A DNA stretch of 59,520 nt from Ginglymostoma cirratum (Eukaryota): assembly GCA_024137785.1 (NCBI GenBank), contig JAHRHZ010000084.1, forward strand, positions 7,217,573-7,277,092. Reading direction: 5' to 3'. Under the pieces are notes generated by a model. It did no database searches, had not been told where the DNA came from, and saw only the letters and a program-made list of their open reading frames with translations. Within the stretch, counting starts at the first letter, position 1. The number at the start of each line of letters is the position of its first letter. Both the position numbers and the translations under genes were made by a program. Positions 50,711 through 59,520 of the stretch are shown in pieces.

Positions 50711-51777
50711 CTGCCAATATATTTTTCAAGTGTAGTCGTTATTTTAGTAAGCTGTTAACAATGTCTGCCCGACAGAGAACCACAATTAATGTAGATAAAC
50801 TGCAGGTTTATTTTTCAGCGGTATTTGGAAATGGAATAATCATGGCTTCAGAAAATAACGAAAGCTTCCTCCTCTTTCTCCAAATGATGTATGAGATACT
50901 TTTACCATGGAGTTCTCATTGAATCAATACTCTTGTGCAAAAACAAATGTTGCTTTACATTGCTTACGATTTAATCTTGACTTCTTCAATATACGAGTTA
51001 CTGTTCATCTCTAAAAAAACAACGAAACCAAACATTTTATGCTGGACTCGATACTACTAAGAAATGCAGATAACGTGAAGTACGAAGCTACGGATATCTA
51101 GCGTATGAATCCGTCACTTGACCTTCGCACTGACCTGTCAACGTTCAGAATGTCGTTGTGCTCCAATCAAGTTCGTTGGATATTTTCCATGCTCCCATAC
51201 ATAACATGGAGGTTAACAATTCTTGAAAACAATCTTGTATTTTGTTACAGTTTTTCAGCAGTGCACCTGATCAATGGCACATAATCTGCTTCATTGTTTC
51301 TTTTCGCCCATCATCACTGTCTTTCGTTCCGTACGAGTAACTTTCCAATATTTTCATTCCCTCTGTGTTCCACCCATCATCAACATCATTTTTCCACTCT
51401 CTGTCTCAAAATGTTACACTTTTGAACTTTAGTAAGTTCTAATCAAAGAACGCAGTCTTTGGGAAGTTACTCTGATTTTTCTTCCTTCTGCGCTGACTGA
51501 CCTGCTAAGCGTTTGCAGCTCTGGTACATTGTATGTACCAGCAGGGAAATGCCACTTTCTCACATATCAAGTGCTAGATGTCACATTCCAGATCTGTTAT
51601 GATTTCATTAAGTGGAACAAAACCGCGAGTGAAACAGAGAACTTTTGATCCTGTGTGAGGAAGCATAATCCAATCTCCAAACATTAACCCCAGTGTGATT
51701 CATAAGTATTGTCAATAGATACTGAAAGATCATGAATGTTTTTCAATTATTTAATATTTAACTTCATGTTTCAATAG

Positions 51778-52035
51778 TTGGGGTTTTAATTCCATTGAAC
51801 CAAATTTACCTTTGTATGCGATGATGTTGATGACTGACCTGTCATTGCACTCTTTGCTTCTGAGTAGCAATTAAGTGTTGGAAATTGTCATGCGGCTTTG
51901 TTCTTCAACTTGGAAATTTCTGCAGCAATTGCAGGAAGCACTACATGAAATTTCGACACTCACTTGCACCAGTGCGTGGTGATTCATCTCTGCTCCATTG
52001 GTATCTGTTATTAATTCCTTCAGAAGTTATTTATT
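51778..52035 (+). pseudogene. Decayed C1 exon of a downstream paralog
   Basis: Acceptor catgtttcaatAG|TT and donor GTAAGT sit in intron context homologous to exon 3. The frame reads KFTFVC..(3 stops)..LEISAAI..HQCVVIHLC versus NLTFKC..YEVTSSL..YTCLVSHAC. Confidence 0.65.
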
Positions 52036-52479
52036 GTAAGTCGGAACAGGAATAAAAGTGTTATGCTTAGACGTGAAAAACCCGTCAATTACTGCGATTT
52101 CATGAGGTAAATAATTGAACTGACTAATCATTCGTCAACAATGAAATTGCCAATCGGAATTCACTTCAGATCAAGCTGAAGTCAATAGGAATTCCACCTC
52201 TGTCTTGCAATATTACAGATCTCACAGCTATGAGTAGTGTGTAATGGACTATTTATTATGAAACTTTCAGAACTCTGCCCCTAATTAGTTAGAGGGTTAG
52301 GTCACCTTGCGTTTCCGAGCACCACCTGTCACCTCAAGGGTTATTGTAGTGCAGTAAACAGTGTCCCTACTTTTGTACCAACAGATCTAATATAATTCAA
52401 GTTGTTCTTCTTACATATCCTAAAGGTTGCTGTCAGTGTTGTCTCGGAAAGCTGTAGGACAGTGTCGTAAAGCATTTAA

Positions 52480-53335
52480 AAATCCTTAGAAATCTCCACA
52501 GGATAAATGAGGAAAGGATGTTTCTCCTGGCTGATGGTCTAGAACCAGAGAACGCAGTTATAAGACAAGATGCAGGTCATTAGAACTGAGGTTACGAGGA
52601 ATTTCTTTAAGCAGAGGGTGGTGAATCTTTTGAATTCTCCAGCCTAGACTGCTGAGAAAACTCAGTCACAGACAGTATAAACTACTGAGATCGACAAAGT
52701 TCCAGAGGTTAAATGATATATAGATAGTGTGGGAAAATACCGCTGAGGAAGATCAATCATGATCTATTTGAAAGCTGGAGCATGCTCCAGGGTCCCAATA
52801 TCTACCCCTGTTCCTGCTGTTTATGATCCTTAGCAGCCGTGGTTTGCGGTTGAAAGCTTTGCCAATCATGCAGCTGTCGTCCATTAGTCTATTTTAAGGT
52901 AAATGAGTGCAAATTCCTTTACGCATAGAAAACAACCCTCCTAAGCAGAGAAAAGTCTGTTACGCATTTAAGTCATGAAATACGTTTCCTCCATAGCTGC
53001 AGTTGATGTCCTCTGATTTTCATTAAGGGCCTTGTACAGCTATTCCTACCGAAATTAAAACGGTACATCTTGGCTAAGTAAGTAGAGAGCTGAATGAACA
53101 CAACAGGTCAAGCAGCATCAGAGGAGTAGGAAGCCTTCCGGCTCCTCTGATGCTACTTGGCCTGCTGTGTTCATCCAGCTCTACACCTTGTTATCTCAGA
53201 TTTTCCAGCATCTGCAGTTCCTACTATCTCTGAAACAACTTGGCTAAATGCGGGTTTATCCTGAGAGACACTATTGTAAGTTATCATCCAGTGCTTAATG
53301 CTCTAAGCACATGACTCGCTGTGTTCCACACTTTG
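52480..53335 (+). repeat. Paralogous copy of the 3' part of intron 3 (30840-31545) of the intact gene
   Basis: Colinear matches, e.g. gtgcaaattcctttac.catag.aaacaac, cttgtacag, gaaattaaa, gggtttatcctg, ctgtgttcca.act. Confidence 0.9.
53078..53238. mobile_element. Penelope-derived hairpin insertion with a 9-bp TSD
   Basis: TSD cttggctaa at 53069-53077 and 53239-53247; inverted arms; absent from the paralogous site at ~31445. Confidence 0.85.
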
Positions 53336-55469
53336 CATCTGTCATAGTAACATGTGCATGGCATACATTTAAACCCCAGAGTTCCTGGAATTTTCCGTAA
53401 ATTCCAAATCCCATCATATTTGCAGGTGTTCACATATGTTGCTTTGATGAAGGAAAGGCTGACGCACGTTCATATATTACACCTCATTATCTCGCCAATG
53501 AACAGTCTCAAAATGTATCACACTGATTGTTTTGGGAAACGCAAATCTGGAAGAAATTTTGCGCACAGCATCATCCGCTCACAGCAGCAGAAAAAAACAC
53601 GTGGTTTTTGACTACGAAGAAATGCTGGAAAGCACCACAGCCAGGAATGGCTTTTAAAACTGCAGTCAGTGTTATAACACAGCGAGAACCAAAGAGCAAA
53701 ACTGAAAATTTGAAGTTAGTTTCATTTTTGCGGGAATAATGCTAATCAGAATGCACGTGAGAGTTTCAAGAATACCTGACGAGGCAGAGACCCGTGGTGT
53801 TTTGTCACTTGATCAAAAGAACAACTCTAGAGTGGTTGATCAGCACTTCTGGGATAAACTGCGCATGAGAGGTTGCATTGCTGTCATATCAACTTTAAAC
53901 TTTGAGGATTGTTGCTTATATTAAAACTAAAGGTGCAACTTTTCATTTACAACTGCTCTGTTCATTCAAAAATTCTATTACTTATTTATATATTTGTTCA
54001 CTTGAAAATTTATTTTTCTGCGAATCTTAAATAGTGAAATACACTGGAGTTTATAAGCAAAGGAATGTAGACGAAACCAAAAATATATGTTAAGTATTTC
54101 TAAAAGATTGTGCGAACCCTCTTTGCTCTTAATAAGCATAATTTGAAGATACGAAGGAACGTTTATACAGCACCTTTCATCACCTCGAGACGTTGCAAAG
54201 TATTATAATTGAAATATCTGTGTATTCAAAATACGTAAGCACTAAGGAACAGACAACAGTTTGTCCTTAACAGAATATCCCAAACGTCACTGTATTAATT
54301 ATCAGGTGATCATATTTAATCGAGGTTGAATAAGCATGAGTTATGGGTTTTTTGTAGTGCACTGGTAGTACCCCTCAGCCATGGACAGGGGGTCTGGAGT
54401 CAAGTCCCACTCTGTGCCAGAGATGCGTCATGTGAACGTGAACAGGTAGTCTACAAAGTAATAATATTACAAAAAGTCATTTGAGAGTTATTTATATCGA
54501 ATGGCACTATTCTTAAAACGGTGATATTTGTTTATGATTTCTCAGTCTTATTGAAAGCATAAAAATCTCAAGAATTGGCTTCTGTTTAAATGTTAACACA
54601 ATTGAGTCTTTTGATTCTTGAAAGTATTTTCTTTGATTTACGAATTAAGTTGTTCACCTCACTAAAAAATCCAAAATATCAAATATGTTGTATTGCGCTT
54701 GTATATAATTGAGAAACTTCGCCATTTCAACACCTTAACATTTACACGTAGTCATCAAATGGGCACGTAACAAAATATCATGCATAAAGTAATCATCTGA
54801 GATGTCACTCAATTCCAAAATATGCTAGAAGAGTATTCTGATGAGATTGAATATGAGATGAGTACTGTCTTACAGTGGAATCTCCAAGAATAAAGCAAAA
54901 TCGAGTTACCGATACTATTGTGACTCAGTAATATTCCATAGATACAAAGCGGTTATTAATGTATTTTCACTGCTTTACTTTTACTGTCACGTTTCCAATA
55001 TTCAGAATTTTATTTTCACCAAGTTAAAATTTATTCTGAATGAAATATATGTCTCTGGTCTGTTATTGCGGTCTTTAATATTTAGTAACGCTAAGACAAA
55101 CGTTTCACAACAGAAACTATAATCGATCTGTTTTCATTGCTCCCAGAATTTTATTCCTTTTTTGAATATGATTTGGGAGTTTCTGACAAATCATACTTAT
55201 TTTAAAACCCTGGCTGTACTGAAGGTAATAGTGACCTGCCTCATAGAACCCATACAGTCAATGTTATTTACTGTACTATCATGTTGTCAGCAAGGACTTG
55301 GACACAGAAACAATGAAGGGACAATGATAAAGTTCCAAGTAAGAATGGTGAATGGTTTGAAGAGGAACAGATGATGGTGGCCTTCCCATGCCTCTGTCAC
55401 CCTGCTCTTCTAGACGATAGGAGGAGCAGGTTTGGATGGTGCTGTCAAATAAGGCTCAGTAGATAGCTT

Positions 55470-55740
55470 CAAGAGAAAATTACTGTGGATGTTGGGATCT
55501 GACCTGAAGACGGCAAATGCTGAAGATCACAGCGGGTCAGGCAGCATCCATGAAGAGAAGGCAAGCTAATATTTTGAGTCTAGATGACTCTTCATCAGAA
55601 CTGAAGTGAAGTGTGGAGGGAGAAGAATTTATGCAATAGTGGAGGGGAGGGTTGTAATGCAGGGGGGCGAAAGGATGTTGACGCTTCAGATTAACCAATC
55701 GGAATGTGAAAATGGCAGAACAATGGTGTGTTCAACTGCT
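55470..55740 (-). mobile_element. Penelope-family 3' fragment nested in an old LINE (~55230-56640)
   Basis: Minus CTGATGA-aGAGTC atcta GACTC-aAAA (55570-55598) followed by a pLTR-like tail. Confidence 0.6.
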
Positions 55741-58024
55741 AGACTGGAAAGAATATGAGTAGCTGTCAAGTGTCTTGTAGATGGAAGACACTGTTGCCAT
55801 GTCAATGAGTGGTGGGGTTGGTGAACATTTGCGGTGGTGAATTAGGTTCAAAACAAGAGTGCTTCTTTTCCCCAGATCACATCCAGTTTGTAGTGTGTTG
55901 CTGGGTACGGATTCTTTCAGGCAAGTGGTGAATTTTTCATCACACTTCTGAATTCTGCCCTGTAGACACTGGACAGATTTTGAGGACTTACTAGGCTGCA
56001 GAATTCCTAACCTCTGTCTTAGTCAAGTATATGATAGGTTGAGTCATTTTCTTGTCGACGTACCCCCAGCATGTTGTGGGAAATCCAGCAATGAGATATC
56101 AGTGAATGTCAAGGAAGATAGCTTGATTCTCTTTTGTTGGAAATGGTCATAGCCTGGTACATGCGTGTTGTAAATGTTATGTGTAACTTATCAGCTTAAA
56201 ATAGAATTGTGCTTTGGTTTTCCTGCATTTGGTCATGAATTATTTCATTTTCTGAGGAGTTTCAAATGGTGCTGAAGATTCTGCAATTATCAGTGAACAT
56301 GCACATTGTTGACTTTATGTCGGAGGCAAGATCACAAAGAAGCAGACATGGTGTTTGGGAGTGGGCATTGCCCTGCTGTTACATGGTAACATCCAGTAAT
56401 GATATAATTGACATCCAGAAAATAAATCTTCCTTTGTGTGAGATATAGTGGTGGCAGGTACTAACCACTTCCATCACCTCCGACTGACCCTCTCCCCATC
56501 CTACCTTATTCCCATTGACTCCAGTTTCTCTAGGGCTCCTTAACAGCATACTCGGTCGAACACTCCATTAATGTTAAGGGCAGAAACTTTCGCTTCACGT
56601 CTGGTGTTCAGCTCTTCTTTCGGTGCTTGAAGCAATGCTGTAGTACTTCCAGAAGTTCCTACACTGTAGCTGGTTCAAATTTCTGCAATGCCCTCCCTAA
56701 CAGTATTTTTAATCGACCAACATCACACACAATGCAACAATTCAGAAGGCAGATCACCACCACTTTCTCAAGCGCATCCGAGGATGGATAATAAACAATG
56801 GACAGCCAGTGGCATCGACATCACACAAGTGAGCAAACAAAGACGTAAAGAATCTCAATTCCAACCTCCGTGAGCAGATTACGTTTGTGCAAATTTCACC
56901 TGATAGCACTGTTCATGAAATCTCATCTCTTTGCGAAAACCAAAGAGTAGGGCGTTAATTGCTCATATCTTCTTTGAGTTGCTTTTTTATGGAGACTGCA
57001 TACCTAGGTCACTTTTTACATTTCTCTGTTGACGTAAGTTTTGTAGATTAGCAGATAATTCTTGCCTAGAGGGCCTGCATCGTTAAGGGAAACACGTCAA
57101 CAGTGTTGCTGCAAGGATGTTGTCAAGGCAAAAGCCTTTTCAGTAGCAAACATAGCACACACCTCAAACAACTGATATCCTCACAGCCTGTTCATACGAA
57201 GTGCTGTCTCACCTCCAGTGATGGATATCATGAGATCCTTATGATTTTTGAAGGAAAAATCGTTGTGAGAATAACAGATTCATATGCAAAGTAGAAGGCT
57301 AGCAAGTGCTGGGGTTCATTGAAGGCGTATATTTGAGGTGGACAATCTTCATGACCAAACTTCGGCCATGAAGTCGCTCCTTCAGAACAAGTTTGCAACC
57401 AAGTGGAATAGCATCCGATTTATTGCACTATAACCTATGTCAGAAGAAGCGTGAACTCGCATTCACAGCTATTGCGAATGCACATAATATAACATCCACG
57501 ACTGCGCTGTTAACTATTTCACTTGTCATGTCTTCAGCATTTATGTTTCCTAAAGCACCAAAGTCCTCAGTCAATTCCTGGGGATAGAACCATGAAGAGA
57601 AGCTGGAAGCATTACTCACATTTTGCTGGGGGGTAGGGGTTGTTGGCAAAGGAGGATGGTGGTCTGTTGAAGTGTGTGCAAGAGAGGCAACACTACCCCC
57701 CACCCCTCACCCCGACCAGGGACAAAGACTCAGGATATAGACAGGATTCAGGCATGTTGTGGACTTTTATTCAAGCAAAATCTGGTTAATGCAGGGAGAG
57801 GACCAAAGGATTTTCCACAATTCTGGCTTAGACATGAAACACAATCATTCCCTTCATCTTCGGATCAAACTGGAAGAGGGATCAATGACACAATCTTATT
57901 TTACAGTAAAAACATGTATTTTTAAGTTTTTTCATACATTTTGTGTTATAATATTCATACACGACATGTTTATTGTGCCCTCTTCTTCCCTTCAACGGGA
58001 CCAATCCCATAAAACACTTGATCA

Positions 58025-59520
58025 GTGATGGGGCGTGGGGCTGGATAAACACAGCAGGCCAAGCAGCATCAAAGGAGCAGGAAAACGTGACGTTTCAGGC
58101 CTAGACCCTTCATCAGAAATGGGGGAGGGGAGGAGGGTTATGAAATAAATAGGGAAAGAGGGGGAGGCTGATAGAGGATGGATAGAGGAGAGGATAGGTG
58201 GAGAGGAGGCAGACAAGTCGAAGAGGCGGGGATGGAGCCAGTAATGGTGAGTGTACGAGAGGGGGGTAGGGAGGAGATAGGTCAGTTCCGGGAGGACGGA
58301 CAGGTCAAGGGGGCGGGATGATGTTAGTAGATAGAAGATGGGGGTGGGGCTTGAGGTGGGGGGGGGGATAGGTGAGAGGAAAAACAGATTAGGGAGGTGG
58401 AGATGAGCTGGGCAGGTTTTGGGATGCGGTTGGGGGAGGGGAGATTTTGAAGCTTGTGAAATCCACATTGATACCATTGGGCTGCAGGGTTCCCAGGCTG
58501 AATATGATTTGCTGTTCCTGCAGCCTTCGGATGGCATCACTGTGGCATTGCAGGAGGCCCAGGATGGACGTGTCATCTGAGGAATGGGAGGGGGAGTTGA
58601 AATGGTTCGCGACTGGGAGGTGCAGTTGTTTGTTGCGAACTGAGCGCAGGTGTTCTGCACAGCGGTCGCCAAGCCTCCGCTTGGTTTCCTTGATGCAGAG
58701 GAAGCCACAACGGGTACAGTGGATGCAGTATACCACATTGGCACATGTGCAGGTGAACATCTGCCTGATGTGGAAAGTCTTCTTGGGGCCTGGGATTGGG
58801 GTGAGGGAGGAGGTGTGGGGGCAGGTGTAGCACTTCCTGCGGTTGCAGGGAAAAGTGCCGGGTGTGGTGGGGCTGGAGGGGAGTGTGGAGAGGACAAGGG
58901 ATTCGTGGAGGGAGAGGTCCCTCCGGAAGGCAGATAAGGGTGGGGAGGGAAAAATGTCTTTGATGGTGGGGTCTGATTGCAGATGGCGGAAGTGTCGGAG
59001 GATGATGCGTTGGATCCGGAGGTTGGTGGGGTGGTACGTGAGGACGAGGGGTATTCTGTTTTGGTTATTATTGCGGGGACGGAGCCTGAGGGATGTGTTA
59101 TGGGAAATGCGGGAGACACGGTCAAGGGCGTTCTCGACCACTGTGGGGGGAAAGTTGCGGTCCTTGAAAAATGAGGACATCTGAGATGTACAGGAGTGGA
59201 ATGTCCCATCCTGGGAGCAGATGCGGCTGAGGCGAAGGAATTGGGAATAGGGGATGGCATTTTTGCAGGAAGGTGGGTGGGAGGAGGTGTATTCCAGGTA
59301 GCTGTGGGAGTCAGTGGGCTTGAAATGGACATCGGTTTCTAGGTGGTTACCCGAGATGGAGACAGAGAGGTCCAGGAAGGAGACAGCAGTGTTGGAGATG
59401 GTCCAGGTGTACTTCAGGTTGGGGTGGAAGGTGTTGGTGAAGTGGATGAACTGTTCGAGCTCCTCGTGGGAGCACGAGGCGGCGCCGATGCAGTCATCAA
59501 TGTAACGGAGGAAGAGGTGG
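58025..59520 (-). mobile_element. Penelope-like retroelement, 3' part with pLTR (runs off the window)
   Basis: RT and GIY-YIG ORF, C-rich 3' UTR, pLTR with hammerhead core at 58089-58116. Confidence 0.95.
58389..59519 (-). CDS. Penelope RT (YIDD) / thumb / GIY-YIG endonuclease, partial; endonuclease motif degenerate
   Basis: The frame is open from the window edge: FLRYIDDCIG (YIDD at 59493-59504)..FLDL..KPTDSHSYL..HP.., in frame with ORF 58389-59180 containing CNRRKCYTC and VVYCIHCTRCGFLCIKETKRRLGDR..EH (YIG is now CIK). Confidence 0.9.
   Translation of the reverse strand, partial: HLFLRYIDDCIGAASCSHEELEQFIHFTNTFHPNLKYTWTISNTAVSFLDLSVSISGNHLETDVHFKPTDSHSYLEYTSSHPPSCKNAIPYSQFLRLSRICSQDGTFHSCTSQMSSFFKDRNFPPTVVENALDRVSRISHNTSLRLRPRNNNQNRIPLVLTYHPTNLRIQRIILRHFRHLQSDPTIKDIFPSPPLSAFRRDLSLHESLVLSTLPSSPTTPGTFPCNRRKCYTCPHTSSLTPIPGPKKTFHIRQMFTCTCANVVYCIHCTRCGFLCIKETKRRLGDRCAEHLRSVRNKQLHLPVANHFNSPSHSSDDTSILGLLQCHSDAIRRLQEQQIIFSLGTLQPNGINVDFTSFKISPPPTASQNLPSSSPPP

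Noticed and set aside
51946-52035. ATG-initiated mini-exon MKFRHSLAPVRGDSSLLHWYLLLIPSEVIY ending at GTAAGT
   Set aside because: It lies within the decayed C1 exon in another frame, and the donor is inherited from that exon.
58022-59332. 436-aa Pro/Ser/Thr-rich ORF and overlapping plus-strand ORFs
   Set aside because: These are shadow frames of the C-rich Penelope coding sequence.
1-59520. CRISPR arrays, rRNA or true tRNA genes, prokaryotic operons
   Set aside because: None seen; the tRNA-like A/B boxes all belong to SINE heads.

Overview
Eukaryotic, repeat-rich DNA from a cartilaginous fish, inferred from HE1-type SINEs, HER1/CR1 LINEs and shark-type Penelope elements. Most ORFs in the supplied track are spurious or derived from transposons. 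The one intact host gene is a 7-exon, + strand immunoglobulin-superfamily receptor (26274-37818, about 361 aa after manual splicing): leader, V(J)-type Ig domain, C1-set Ig domain, TM and a tyrosine-motif tail, i.e. a SIRP-alpha-like non-rearranging V-C1 inhibitory receptor. It sits in a tandem birth-and-death cluster. A decayed copy of its last exon lies at about 3.0 kb, a decayed paralog (C1 pseudo-exon plus homologous introns) lies at about 48-53 kb, and intergenic blocks recur at offsets of about 30-36 kb. The window also carries many Penelope-derived short or palindromic elements with minimal hammerhead-ribozyme cores, a Penelope RT/GIY-YIG ORF at the right edge, and a 400-N gap that looks like a palindrome-induced assembly artefact. 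All alignments were done by eye and repeat boundaries are approximate.
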